Assembly: GCA_963667725.2 (NCBI GenBank)
Contig: CAXXHO010000003.1
Coordinates: 608,001-672,000, forward strand
Direction: 5' to 3'
Length of the DNA: 64,000 nucleotides
Source of the DNA: Treponemataceae bacterium
GTDB lineage: Bacteria > Spirochaetota > Spirochaetia > Treponematales > Rectinemataceae
Part shown: positions 18,354 to 28,330 of the stretch, piece after piece
How the letters are laid out: each line of letters starts with the position of its first letter
Position numbering within the stretch: the first letter of the stretch is position 1
Made by a program: the position numbers and the translations under genes
Notes under the pieces: model-generated
Databases searched by the model: none
What the model was told of the DNA's origin: nothing
The model's input: only the letters and a program-made list of their open reading frames with translations

Positions 18354-19847
18354 GTGGCTAAACTGTGGCAGGCCGCCGCGGGCGGCGTGGGGCTCCACCC
18401 CGACGTGGAGGCCTTTCTTTCTTCTCTTTCGGTGGATTCGAGGCTTCTGGGCGAGGACATCGAGTGCTCGATAGCCCACGCGGCGATGCTGGGGAGGCAG
18501 GGCATTCTTCCGCCCGAGGAGTCGGCGTCGATATGCGCGGCTCTCGAGCTTATGCTGGCCGAGGCAGGAGAGGGAAAGCTCGCCGTAGATCCGGAGAGCG
18601 AGGACATCCATTCCTTTATCGAGGCCGAGCTGACGAAGAGGCTCGGCGAGGCGGGGAAGGCTGTCCATGCCGGGAGAAGCAGGAACGACCAGGTGGCTGT
18701 CGCCTTCAGGATGCATATTCTGCGGGCTTTCGACGCGACCGAGGGGGCGGCCTTGGGCGCGCTGAGAGCCTTGCTCGATCTGGCCGCGAATCACAGAGAA
18801 ACGATCATGCCGGGGTATACGCACTTGCAGCGCGCCCAGCCGGTGACGCTCGCGCACCACCTGCTTGCCTGGTGCGCCGCCCTCGAGCGCGACTGCGGCA
18901 GGTTGCGGGACGGACGCGCGCGGGCTGACGAATGTCCGCTGGGCTCAGGCGCCCTCGCGGGATCGGGTCTGCCCACCGACAGGGAATTCACGGCGGCCGC
19001 CTTAGGCTTCGCGCGTCCGTCCCGCAACACCATGGACGCCGTGGCCGATAGGGACGCATGTTTGGACTACGGGGCGGTCTGCTCCAGCATCATGGTCCAC
19101 CTCTCGCGCGCCTGCGAGGATATCGCCCTCTGGGTATCCACCGAATATTCATTCATGAGCCTGAGCGACGCTGCGAGCACCGGTTCGAGCATCATGCCCC
19201 AGAAGAGGAATCCCGATCCCGCCGAGCTCATCCGCGGAAAGACCGCGAGGGTTTTCGGGGCGCTCCAGGCCCTCCTCGTCATGCAGAAAGGCCTGCCCTA
19301 CGCCTACAACCGCGATCTCCAGGAAGACAAGGAAATGTTCTTCGACATCGAAGACACCGTGACTGGAGCCCTGCGCGCCTTTGCCGTCCTCGTCTCCTCG
19401 CTCCAGCCCAATGTCGAAAAGATGAGGAAAGCGGTGGACGAGGGTTTCCTCGAGGCTACCGACATAGCCGAATATCTCGTGCTGGAAGGCCTGCCTTTCA
19501 GGACCGCGTACCAGGCGGCCAAAGCCCTCGTGAAACTCAGTCTCTCCACCGGCAAGCGTTTCGCCGCGCTCTCCCTCGAGGAAATCCAGGCCAGCCATGA
19601 GGCTTTCGCTCGACCCGGCTTCGATAGGAAGGCCTTCATTGACTATCTTGAGCCCGCTTCCTGCGTGGCGAGGCGGAGGCAGACCGGCGGCCCCGCGCCC
19701 GAACGCACCGGCGAGGAGGTCCAGCGTCTGTCGGCCCTTGTCGCCGCGAGACAGGCAGCCTTGGCCGCTCAAACTGACGCTCAGATGGCTGCCCGGTTGA
19801 CCGCTCGGCGGGTTGCGAGGCAACCCGCCCGGAGCGCAGCCCCTTGA
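18354..19847 (+). CDS. argH: Argininosuccinate lyase
   Basis: HAGRSRNDQ, PGYTHLQRAQP, GSSIMPQKRNPD and YNRDLQEDKE motifs; GTG start. Confidence 0.96.
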   Translation: MAKLWQAAAGGVGLHPDVEAFLSSLSVDSRLLGEDIECSIAHAAMLGRQGILPPEESASICAALELMLAEAGEGKLAVDPESEDIHSFIEAELTKRLGEAGKAVHAGRSRNDQVAVAFRMHILRAFDATEGAALGALRALLDLAANHRETIMPGYTHLQRAQPVTLAHHLLAWCAALERDCGRLRDGRARADECPLGSGALAGSGLPTDREFTAAALGFARPSRNTMDAVADRDACLDYGAVCSSIMVHLSRACEDIALWVSTEYSFMSLSDAASTGSSIMPQKRNPDPAELIRGKTARVFGALQALLVMQKGLPYAYNRDLQEDKEMFFDIEDTVTGALRAFAVLVSSLQPNVEKMRKAVDEGFLEATDIAEYLVLEGLPFRTAYQAAKALVKLSLSTGKRFAALSLEEIQASHEAFARPGFDRKAFIDYLEPASCVARRRQTGGPAPERTGEEVQRLSALVAARQAALAAQTDAQMAARLTARRVARQPARSAAP

Positions 19848-20641
19848 AGCCGGCCGAATCGGCGGCGCCCGCCGCGCTCGCAGAAACTGCCGCGCTCGCA
19901 GAGACTGCCGCGCTGCCCTGCATCCTCCTCGCCGCGGGCGCTAGCTCGCGGATGGGGCGGCCCAAACTGCTGCTGCCTATGGACGGCGAGCCCGTCGTTC
20001 GGAGGACAACCCGAATCGCCCTCGCTCATTGCCGACCGCTCATCATCGTCACCGGGTTCGGGCGCGAGAACATCGAGGCGGCCTTGGCCGGTCTCGACAA
20101 TATCGTCTTCGTCCACAATCCTGACTGGAAAGAGGGAAGGGTGACTTCAGTCCTCGCCGGCATAAAAGCCCTTCCTTCTGGCTGTCCCGGCTTCTTCCTC
20201 CACCACGCCGACATGCCCTTTGTCGACAAAACGGTTTTCGCCGCCCTGGGCCGCGCCGCATCGCTGCAGCTAGCCGACGCGGGACATCCCGGAGCCCCGG
20301 AGCATCCTGCCACCGCCGCGGGGCGCCCCAATGCCCCCGTCGCCCTCGTCGCGGGACGAAACGGGAAGGCTGGCCATCCCGTCTATTTCCCCGCTTCGTA
20401 TATTCCCGCCATCCAGGCCCAGCGGACCGGCGAAAGACTCATGGACATACTTTTAGCCTTGGGTTCCCTCATCGTCGAAACCGGATGCGACGGCGTCCTG
20501 GAGGACATGGACAGCCCCGAGGAATACGCCGCCCTGGCCGCGAAATATGGCCTGAGGCCGGAAGCGGACGCCACCCTGGGATCGGTTGCCGGCTCGGAGC
20601 CGCGCCCCAGCCCTGGGGATGTGGCCAAGATTAAAACATGA
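19844..20641 (+). CDS. MobA/MocA-like nucleotidyltransferase (YgfJ-like molybdenum cofactor cytidylyltransferase)
   Basis: LLAAGASSRMGRPK, NPDWKEG, DMPFV, GHPVYF and DMDSPEEY motifs; start uncertain. Confidence 0.8.
   Translation: MKPAESAAPAALAETAALAETAALPCILLAAGASSRMGRPKLLLPMDGEPVVRRTTRIALAHCRPLIIVTGFGRENIEAALAGLDNIVFVHNPDWKEGRVTSVLAGIKALPSGCPGFFLHHADMPFVDKTVFAALGRAASLQLADAGHPGAPEHPATAAGRPNAPVALVAGRNGKAGHPVYFPASYIPAIQAQRTGERLMDILLALGSLIVETGCDGVLEDMDSPEEYAALAAKYGLRPEADATLGSVAGSEPRPSPGDVAKIKT
19871..19915 (+). repeat. 18-bp tandem repeat (about 2.5 copies, encodes AALAET)
   Basis: GCCGCGCTCGCAGAAACT / GCCGCGCTCGCAGAGACT / GCCGCGCTG. Confidence 0.75.
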
Positions 20642-20657
20642 AGCTATAATGGCGGCC

Positions 20658-21149
20658 ATGACGCGGCAGGACGAAAAAAGCGGCGAAAAGACCAATGTGA
20701 TTCGGCTTCTTGAAGCCGCGAACCTCCCTTTCGAAATCCTTCATTATGAAGTGGATGAAGACCTCTCGGCGACCCACGCGGCGGAAAAGCTCGGGCTCGA
20801 TCCGGACCAGGTTTTCAAGACGATCGTCCTGTCGGGCGAACGGATGGGTCATTTCGTCTGTGTCATCCCCGGATCCTGCGAGATAGACCTGAAAAAAGCG
20901 GCCAAAGCCCTGGGCGACAAGAGCTGCTCCCTCCTCCCTCTCAAGGAGCTAGAACCCCTCACGGGCTATGTGAGGGGAGGCTGTTCGCCCATAGGCATGA
21001 AGAAGCGCTTCCCCACCTTCCTGGACGAGACAGCCTTCCTCTTCGAGAAGATTTCCGTGAGCGCGGGCAGGAGGGGCATGCAGGCGCTGATCAGCCCCCG
21101 GCTTCTGCTCGACATCGTGGGAGCCGCCACCGCCGATCTCATCGCCTGA
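20658..21149 (+). CDS. ybaK: YbaK/EbsC Cys-tRNA(Pro) deacylase
   Basis: KTNVIRLL, VFKTIV, TGYVRGGCSPIG and SAGRRG motifs; TATAAT lies 7 nt before ATG 20658. Confidence 0.92.
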   Translation: MTRQDEKSGEKTNVIRLLEAANLPFEILHYEVDEDLSATHAAEKLGLDPDQVFKTIVLSGERMGHFVCVIPGSCEIDLKKAAKALGDKSCSLLPLKELEPLTGYVRGGCSPIGMKKRFPTFLDETAFLFEKISVSAGRRGMQALISPRLLLDIVGAATADLIA

Positions 21150-21188
21150 TCCGCCCAAGCCGGAAGCTTCCAGGCGATCTTGCCGTAT

Positions 21189-21271
21189 TGGATAAATATG
21201 CAAAAAAATTACATAAATACGTAAAATTCTCGTAAAACCCCTTGATGCGACCCCTTCATCCCCGCTATTTT
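21189..21271 (+). promoter_or_regulatory. carA promoter with tandem ARG-box-like sites
   Basis: TGGATAAATATGCA and TACATAAATACGTA boxes; TTGATG (21242) -18- TATTTT (21266); shares AAAACCCCTTGAT with the argG promoter. Confidence 0.6.
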
Positions 21272-21275
21272 AAAC

Positions 21276-21396
21276 CGACACCGCCGCACCTGCCAAAGGA
21301 CCTTCCAAAGGTTTACCCCGCGCACGGTATCCCTAGCATGGCGGTGTCGTACCGCCGCTGTTTTCGGAAGCCAGAAAGGAAAGCCGGCGGAAGGAG
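21276..21396 (+). ncRNA. Candidate cis-regulatory structured leader RNA upstream of carA
   Basis: Perfect 10-bp stem CGACACCGCC/GGCGGTGTCG enclosing three small hairpins, plus mutually exclusive downstream stems. Confidence 0.5.
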
Positions 21397-21402
21397 ACAG
21401 TC

Positions 21403-22515
21403 ATGCATTCCCGGAAAAAATCCGCTCGCCTCGTCCTCGAAGACGGCACCGAGTTCGCCGGAACGGCCTTTGGGGCCACACGTTCCCTGCGCGGCGAAGT
21501 CGTTTTTTCCACGGGCATGGTCGGCTATCCGCAATCCCTCACCGATCCCTCCTACAAAGGACAGATTCTCACGCTTACCTATCCGCTCGCCGGCAATTAC
21601 GGCGTTCCCGCGAGTTCGCTGGATCGCCACGGCATTCCGCGCGAGTTCGAATCCGAAAAAATACAAGTATCGGGGCTCGTCGTCGCCGAGCTCTGCGAAG
21701 AGCCGAGTCATTTCAGCTCGAGGCGCACCCTATCCGCGTGGATGGAAGGCGAGGGCATCCCCGGAATCTCCGGCATCGATACGCGCGCCCTCACCCAACT
21801 CCTGCGGGAGGAAGGCGTCATGAAGGGGCGCATCGTCGTGGACGGAAAGGAACCCGAGGCATCCAACGGAAGGGAGGACGAGAACCCCGTCGCCGAAGTG
21901 TCCTGCGGCGAATCGCGGACCTACAAGGGCGAGGCCGGGGGGCCGACGATAGCCGTCGTGGACTGCGGCGTGAAGGCCAACATCCTCAGGATCATCCTCG
22001 ATACGGGGGCGACTGTCGTGCGCATTCCCTGGGACAGCGACTTCCGCAAGATCGCCTGCGACGGCATATTCCTCTCCAACGGCCCCGGCGACCCCAAGGC
22101 CTGCACGAAGACCATAGCCTCGGTGCGGCGAGCCCTCGCCGACGAAAAGCCCATCTTCGGCATCTGCCTCGGCAACCAGATCCTCGCCCTCGCGGCCGGC
22201 GCCGACACCTATAAACTGCCTTACGGCCACCGGGGCCAGAACCAGCCGGCCCTGGAGGTCGGCACACGCCGCTGCTATATGACGAGCCAGAACCACGGCT
22301 ACGCGGTGCGAGCGGACAGCCTGCCCCACGGCTGGGAACCCTGGTTTGTCAACGTCAACGACGGGACGATCGAGGGCATACGCTCGACGCGAAAGCCCTT
22401 CCGCGCCGTGCAGTTCCATCCCGAAGGCTGCCCGGGACCGAGGGACACCCAGTTCCTTCTCGAACAGTTCATCGCCGACGCGAAGCTCTATGGAGAAAGC
22501 CATGAAAAAGCCTGA
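21403..22515 (+). CDS. carA: Carbamoyl-phosphate synthase small subunit
   Basis: [35 protein letters not shown] and VQFHPE motifs. Confidence 0.96.
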   Translation: MHSRKKSARLVLEDGTEFAGTAFGATRSLRGEVVFSTGMVGYPQSLTDPSYKGQILTLTYPLAGNYGVPASSLDRHGIPREFESEKIQVSGLVVAELCEEPSHFSSRRTLSAWMEGEGIPGISGIDTRALTQLLREEGVMKGRIVVDGKEPEASNGREDENPVAEVSCGESRTYKGEAGGPTIAVVDCGVKANILRIILDTGATVVRIPWDSDFRKIACDGIFLSNGPGDPKACTKTIASVRRALADEKPIFGICLGNQILALAAGADTYKLPYGHRGQNQPALEVGTRRCYMTSQNHGYAVRADSLPHGWEPWFVNVNDGTIEGIRSTRKPFRAVQFHPEGCPGPRDTQFLLEQFIADAKLYGESHEKA

Positions 22516-25500
22516 AAAAGTCCTCGTCCTCGGATCCGGCGGCCTCAAGATCGGGCAGGCCGGGGAGTTCGACTATTCCGGTTCGCAGGCGCTCAAGGCC
22601 CTGCGCGAGGAAGGCATCTCCACCGTCCTCATCAATCCGAACATCGCCACTATTCAGACGAGCGAAGGCATGGCCGATGCCACCTACTTCCTCCCCGTGA
22701 CGCCCGAGTTCGTGAAGAAGGTCATCGAGAAGGAGAGGCCCGACGGTATCCTACTCTCATTCGGCGGCCAGACAGCGCTGAACTGCGGCATCGCCCTCCA
22801 CGACGAAGGCATCCTCTACAAGTACGGCGTGGACGTCCTCGGGACGCCGGTCGAGGCGATCCGCCTCACCGAGGACAGGGACCTCTTCGCCCGCAGGCTC
22901 CACGAGATAGGGGCGGGAACGCCTCGCAGCTCGGCCGCTCTCTCCATAGAGGAAGCGATGGCCGCCGCCGCCGAGATCGGCTATCCGGTGATGGTGCGCG
23001 CCGCCTTCGCCTTGGGCGGGGCCGGCTCGGGCATCTGCAGGAACGAAAAGCAGCTTAAGGCGCGCTGCGAGAAGGCTTTTTCCCTCTCGCCCCAGGTTCT
23101 CGTCGAGGAATGGCTCGGCGGCTGGAAGGAGGTGGAGTACGAGGTCGTGCGCGACAAGTACGACAACTGCATCACCGTCTGCAACATGGAGAACTTCGAT
23201 CCCCTCGGCATACACACGGGCGAGAGCATCGTCGTCGCGCCCTCCCAGACCCTGACGGACCGCGAGTACCATATGCTCCGCGCCGTGGCCCTCAAGGTCA
23301 TCCGCTCCATCGGCATCGTGGGCGAGTGCAACATCCAGTACGCCCTCGATCCGAAGTCGGAGGAGTACAGGATCATCGAAGTGAACGCCAGGCTCTCGCG
23401 CAGCTCGGCGCTCGCTTCCAAGGCCACCGGCTATCCCCTCGCGTACGTGGCCGCGAAGCTCGCCCTCGGGGCCTCCCTCACCGAGATCAGCAACAAGATC
23501 ACCAAGGCCACCATGTCCTGTTTCGAGCCCGCGCTGGACTACTGCGTGGTCAAGATTCCGCGCTGGGACCTCACGAAATTCAAGGAAGTGGACACTCACC
23601 TCGGCAGCGAGATGAAGTCCGTGGGCGAGGTTATGTCCATCGGCCGAAGCTTCGAGGAAGCCCTCCAGAAAGCCGTGCGCATGACGGGCACGGGCGCCAT
23701 GGGGCTCTCCGACGACCCGAAACTGATGGGAAGGGAATTCACCTCCACGAAGGAAGCCCTCAGGCAGCCGACGGACAGGAGGCTTTTCGCCGTCTACCGC
23801 GCCCTCAGCGAAGGCTGGACCATCGACGCCATCCACAAGGAGACGAAGATCGACCGCTGGTTCCTGGAGGGCATCGCCTCTGTGCATCGCGTGGAGAAGG
23901 AACTGCGGGCGGCGGCGGAAAAGTGCCGCCCGGGCAAGTTCCCGCCGACTGACCTCATCCTCGCGGCAAAGCGGAAGGGCTTTTCAGACGAGGCACTGGC
24001 GCGGATGCTGAACGTCAAGGAAAGCGACTTCCGCGCCTTCCGCGAAGGGAAGGGCATCGTGCCCGTCGTCAAGCAGATCGACACCTTGGCCGCCGAATAC
24101 CCCGCCGAGACGAACTATCTCTACATCACCTACTCAGGCCTGAAGAACGACGTGACTCCCCTGGGGACGGGCGTCATGGTGCCAGGCTCGGGGCCCTACC
24201 GCATCGGATCGAGCGTCGAGTTCGACTGGTGCTGCGTCAACGCCATCCAGACGGCGAGGAACGTGGGCAGGAAAACCATAATGGTCAACTGCAACCCCGA
24301 AACCGTGAGCACCGACTATGACGCCTGCGACAGGCTCTATTTCGAGGAACTGAGCCTCGAGCGCGTTCTCGATATCTACGAATTCGAGCGGCCTGAGGGG
24401 ATGATCCTCTCCATGGGTGGCCAGATCCCGAACAACCTGGCCCTCAAGCTTTACGACGCGGGCGCCGTCATCCTGGGTACCTCGCCTGAGAACATCGACA
24501 GGGCCGAGGACCGGAACAAGTTTTCAGCCCTCCTCGACACCCTCGACGTGGACCAGCCCGAATGGAAGGACCTGACGATGGTGGCCGAAGCCCTGATCTT
24601 CGCCGAGAAGGTGGGCTATCCCGTCCTCGTCCGCCCCAGCTACGTGCTCTCGGGCGCAGCCATGAACGTGGCCTGGGACAAGGACAGTCTGACGAAGTTC
24701 CTGGGCATGGCCGCCGACGTTTCCAGGGAACATCCCGTCGTCATTTCCAAGTTCATCGAGAATTCCAAGGAAATAGAGATAGACGCCGTGGCCAAGCGGG
24801 GAAGGGTGATCTATCACGCCATCACGGAGCATATCGAAAACGCCGGCGTCCACTCGGGCGACGCCACCGTGGTGCTGCCTGCCCAGCGCCTGTATATCGA
24901 AACGATTCGTAAGATCAGGAAGATCACCGAGAAGATCGCGGAAGCCCTCGAGATCACGGGGCCCTTCAACATCCAGTTCATCGCCCAGCGCAACAAGATC
25001 AAGGTGATCGAATGTAATCTTCGCGCGAGCCGCAGCTTTCCCTTCTGCTCCAAGGTTTCGAGGGTGAACATGATCGACCTCGCCACGAAGGCCATCCTCG
25101 ACGAGGATACGGGCGTGATATCATCCTCGGCCCTCGACCTGCCCTGGGTGGGCGTAAAGGCCGCGCAGTTCAGCTTCTCGCGCCTCCATGGCGCCGACCC
25201 CATTCTGGGCGTCGAAATGGCTTCGACCGGCGAAGTGGGATGCATCGGCACCGACCTCGACGACGCCTTCCTCAAGGCCCTTCTTTCGGTTGGCTACAGC
25301 GTTCCGAAGAAGAATATCCTTCTATCGACAGGGCCCCTTGAGAACAAGCTGGAGTTCCTCGCGAGCGCCAAGAAGCTTTCCGAGATGGGCTTCTCCCTCT
25401 TCGCGACGGGCGGCACGGCCAAGTTCTTGGCCGTCAACAACGTGCCCTGCGCGCGTCTGCACTGGCCGCTCGAGAAGACTGAGCCGAACATCGCCACCAT

Positions 25501-25711
25501 GCTGCGCAACAGGGACTTCGATCTCGTCATCAATATTCCTAAGAACAACAACGAGCGGGAGCTCAAGAACGACTATCTCATTCGCCGCGCGGCCATAGAC
25601 TTCAACATTCCGCTCTTCACGAACATAAAGGTGGCCAAGCAGTTCATCGACGCTATCGAATCCCAGCGCGAAAAGGGTCTGGAGATCAAGGCCTGGGAGG
25701 AATACCGCTGA
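22502..25711 (+). CDS. carB: Carbamoyl-phosphate synthase large subunit
   Basis: [11 protein letters not shown], two ATP-grasp halves, [12 protein letters not shown] and C-terminal MGS domain; ATG 22502 overlaps carA. Confidence 0.97.
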   Translation: MKKPEKVLVLGSGGLKIGQAGEFDYSGSQALKALREEGISTVLINPNIATIQTSEGMADATYFLPVTPEFVKKVIEKERPDGILLSFGGQTALNCGIALHDEGILYKYGVDVLGTPVEAIRLTEDRDLFARRLHEIGAGTPRSSAALSIEEAMAAAAEIGYPVMVRAAFALGGAGSGICRNEKQLKARCEKAFSLSPQVLVEEWLGGWKEVEYEVVRDKYDNCITVCNMENFDPLGIHTGESIVVAPSQTLTDREYHMLRAVALKVIRSIGIVGECNIQYALDPKSEEYRIIEVNARLSRSSALASKATGYPLAYVAAKLALGASLTEISNKITKATMSCFEPALDYCVVKIPRWDLTKFKEVDTHLGSEMKSVGEVMSIGRSFEEALQKAVRMTGTGAMGLSDDPKLMGREFTSTKEALRQPTDRRLFAVYRALSEGWTIDAIHKETKIDRWFLEGIASVHRVEKELRAAAEKCRPGKFPPTDLILAAKRKGFSDEALARMLNVKESDFRAFREGKGIVPVVKQIDTLAAEYPAETNYLYITYSGLKNDVTPLGTGVMVPGSGPYRIGSSVEFDWCCVNAIQTARNVGRKTIMVNCNPETVSTDYDACDRLYFEELSLERVLDIYEFERPEGMILSMGGQIPNNLALKLYDAGAVILGTSPENIDRAEDRNKFSALLDTLDVDQPEWKDLTMVAEALIFAEKVGYPVLVRPSYVLSGAAMNVAWDKDSLTKFLGMAADVSREHPVVISKFIENSKEIEIDAVAKRGRVIYHAITEHIENAGVHSGDATVVLPAQRLYIETIRKIRKITEKIAEALEITGPFNIQFIAQRNKIKVIECNLRASRSFPFCSKVSRVNMIDLATKAILDEDTGVISSSALDLPWVGVKAAQFSFSRLHGADPILGVEMASTGEVGCIGTDLDDAFLKALLSVGYSVPKKNILLSTGPLENKLEFLASAKKLSEMGFSLFATGGTAKFLAVNNVPCARLHWPLEKTEPNIATMLRNRDFDLVINIPKNNNERELKNDYLIRRAAIDFNIPLFTNIKVAKQFIDAIESQREKGLEIKAWEEYR

Positions 25712-25758
25712 AGCGGCGGCCTGATTGTCGCTGACGGCGGCGGCCGCGGCCGCCGCCC

Positions 25759-26214
25759 TTATTCCGCGTCCTTCGCCAGGTCTATTTCAGCGCCGTTGAT
25801 GTAGGCGCGCGTCGTTATCGCGCAGAACTGCCGGTACATGATGGAAACGCAGCAGTATTTTTCCTTGGAAAGATGGATTGCCTTGAGGACCTGGGATTCG
25901 TGGCCCTCCAGTCCCTCGCCTTCGAGGCGGTAGTTGAGTTCTATGGACCTGAATATGTGGGGATCGTCGGGGGCGACGTCGGCGCTGGAATCCAGCGAAA
26001 TCCTGGCGACGGACACCCTCATTTTCTTGAGCAGGGAAGCGACATCCATGCCCGTGCAGCCCATTAGCCCCACGAGGAGCATGTGGGTCGGCTTCGGTCC
26101 GTGATTCTGTCCGCCGTACGCTTCAGGGGCGTCGGTCGTGACGAAATGATCTCCCGCGCGAATGCGGTATTCCATCCCGCCCTGCCATTCGGCGCTCGCT
26201 TCCAGTTTTCCCAT
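25759..26214 (-). CDS. OsmC/YhfA-family protein
   Basis: GPKP…GLMGCTGMD…KYCCV pattern; RBS GGAGGAG before ATG 26214. Confidence 0.85.
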   Translation of the reverse strand: MGKLEASAEWQGGMEYRIRAGDHFVTTDAPEAYGGQNHGPKPTHMLLVGLMGCTGMDVASLLKKMRVSVARISLDSSADVAPDDPHIFRSIELNYRLEGEGLEGHESQVLKAIHLSKEKYCCVSIMYRQFCAITTRAYINGAEIDLAKDAE

Positions 26215-26366
26215 GAGTCTCCTCCAAAACGCTATCAGAATGTCCATCGAGTCTTATATGAAAAAGGCATGATGTCAATGAATGCGCACTTGCTTTTATG
26301 CGAAGTTCTGTTATTATAATGGTGCCGGCGCTGAGCTTTGCCGCGATGCGCCTCACGAGGTATACA

Positions 26367-26411
26367 ATGAATATGTTTGCCGCTAGAGCCTTTCTTAGGT
26401 CTCGACCCTAA
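26367..26411 (+). CDS. Putative leader peptide (MN)MFAARAFLRSRP upstream of ABC exporter
   Basis: Short ORF immediately after promoter-like boxes and followed by hairpins. Confidence 0.35.
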   Translation: MNMFAARAFLRSRP

Positions 26412-26587
26412 ATCCATGACAAGGGAGACGAGCGTCTCCATGATCATCGATTGCCGGGTTTCTTCTTTGGAATAAAATCTGGGAAGAAAACTCCTTTACT
26501 GAATTCGCGCCGCCTTAAAAGGCATACGCGAGGTTTTCGCGCGCCGTCGCGTTATGCGAGGCCGCGCAAAATTCATGGGCAAACATT

Positions 26588-28330
26588 ATGGAATTCGGAA
26601 AAAACTATAAAAAGAAACTGGCTTCCTATATAGGACGCTATAAAAGCTACGCTATTCCCGGCCTTCTCGTCATGATTGTCATTTCCCTGGGAAGAGTCGT
26701 TCAACCTCTCATCCTGAAGGAAATCATCGACAAGGCCGTCCCGACGGGCGACAGCGCGCTCCTATTGCGTTATGCGCTCGCCTATCTCGCCGTCATCGTC
26801 GTCGTCGGCGGCCTTACGTATTTTGGCAATATCCTCATCTCGAAGTTAGGGCTCTCGATCGTCACCCGCATAAAAGAAGACCTGTTCGCCCATCTTCTCA
26901 CGCTGCCGGTAGCTTACTTCGACGCCCATCCCGTCGGCGAACTGATGTCGCGCACGGAAAACGACACGGAAAAGGTGAGGGATCTCTTCTCCAGCCTGGG
27001 CGTCACCTTCATCGTCAACATTCTCATGATGGGAGGAATGTTCGCCGTCACCTACTCCATAGCGCCGACCCTCGCCCTCATCATGCTCGCCGTCGTCGCC
27101 GTGATCCTTGCCCTCATGCTCGTCTTTTTCAGCAAGATTCTCGGTTTCTACGACCAGTCGAGAAATCTCTACGCGAAGGTACTCGCCAAGGTGACGGAAT
27201 TCATCCAGGGTATGGAAATCGTCAAGGTCTTCGACCGGAAAGCCTGGGCCGCCGCGTCCCTCGACGAGACCGCAAGGCAGCAGCAGCGCGTCAACGTGAA
27301 GGTCGCCCTGTTCGAGATCTCGGTTTTCTCAGCCCTCGAATCCATCGTGGGCCCCCTCTTCATCGTCGCCCTGATCCTGCTCTACGCGCCGCGCGTCATA
27401 GCCGGCGGTATGAGTCTGGGCACCCTCCTTCTCTTCTTCGAATACGGGGCCTCGCTCCTGCGCCCCGTGCTGGAGATAGCCGAGAGCATCAGGCGGATGC
27501 AGCAGGCGAAAGTATCGCTCAACCGCATACTGACGATCATGTCGCTGCCGGAAGAGCCGGGACGCGGGAACGCTATCGAGGCGCGCCTGGACAGGGAAAT
27601 CCGCTTCGAAAGCCTGTGGTTTGCCTATAAGGACGAAGAGTGGATCCTGAAAGACGTGAGCTTTTCGATTCCCAAGGGTTCTCTCACTGCCATCGTGGGT
27701 TCTTCCGGTTCGGGAAAATCCACGACCGTGAGCCTCCTCTGCGGATTCTACAGGCCGCAGAAAGGGCGCATAACCATCGACGGCGCGGACCTCGACAGCC
27801 TCAATCTCGCGAGCTGGAGAAAAAAGACCGGGCTCGTGCTGCAGGATGTCTACCTCTTTCCCGGTTCGGTGCTCGAAAATGTCCGCGTCTACAATGACGA
27901 TATTCCCGGCGAGCGCGTTGAGAAGGCTCTTGAAAATGTGTACGCGACCGACATGGTCAGCGGGCTGCCCTCGGGACTCCAGACCAACCTCTGGGAGCGC
28001 GGCGGCAACCTCTCGTCAGGGGAAAAGCAGCTTCTGGCCTTCGCCAGGGCGCTGGCGGCCAACCCTGAACTCGTCATCCTCGACGAGGCGACGAGCAACA
28101 TAGACATGGATACGGAGGAAAAGATCCGCTTGAGCCTCGATGTCCTTCTCGCCGGAAGGACGGCGCTCATCATCGCCCACCGGCTTTCGTCCATACTCCA
28201 CGCGGATCAGATTCTCTATTTCAGCGAGGGCAGGATAGTCGCCCGCGGCACGCACGCCGAACTCTTCGAAACCCTGCCCGAATACAGGCGCCTCGTGGAA
28301 CAGCAGTTCCTCGGCAAGGAGGCGAAATGA
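26588..28330 (+). CDS. ABC exporter, fused permease/ATPase (heterodimer subunit 1)
   Basis: Six TM segments plus GSSGSGKS, LSSGEKQ and LDEAT. Confidence 0.93.
   Translation: MEFGKNYKKKLASYIGRYKSYAIPGLLVMIVISLGRVVQPLILKEIIDKAVPTGDSALLLRYALAYLAVIVVVGGLTYFGNILISKLGLSIVTRIKEDLFAHLLTLPVAYFDAHPVGELMSRTENDTEKVRDLFSSLGVTFIVNILMMGGMFAVTYSIAPTLALIMLAVVAVILALMLVFFSKILGFYDQSRNLYAKVLAKVTEFIQGMEIVKVFDRKAWAAASLDETARQQQRVNVKVALFEISVFSALESIVGPLFIVALILLYAPRVIAGGMSLGTLLLFFEYGASLLRPVLEIAESIRRMQQAKVSLNRILTIMSLPEEPGRGNAIEARLDREIRFESLWFAYKDEEWILKDVSFSIPKGSLTAIVGSSGSGKSTTVSLLCGFYRPQKGRITIDGADLDSLNLASWRKKTGLVLQDVYLFPGSVLENVRVYNDDIPGERVEKALENVYATDMVSGLPSGLQTNLWERGGNLSSGEKQLLAFARALAANPELVILDEATSNIDMDTEEKIRLSLDVLLAGRTALIIAHRLSSILHADQILYFSEGRIVARGTHAELFETLPEYRRLVEQQFLGKEAK

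Noticed and set aside
21338..21823. Arg-rich ORF starting MAVSYRRCFRKPERK in the carA leader as a second arginine leader peptide
   Set aside because: It has no RBS, is not at the predicted +1, and runs ~420 nt out of frame into carA; the RNA-structure explanation fits better.
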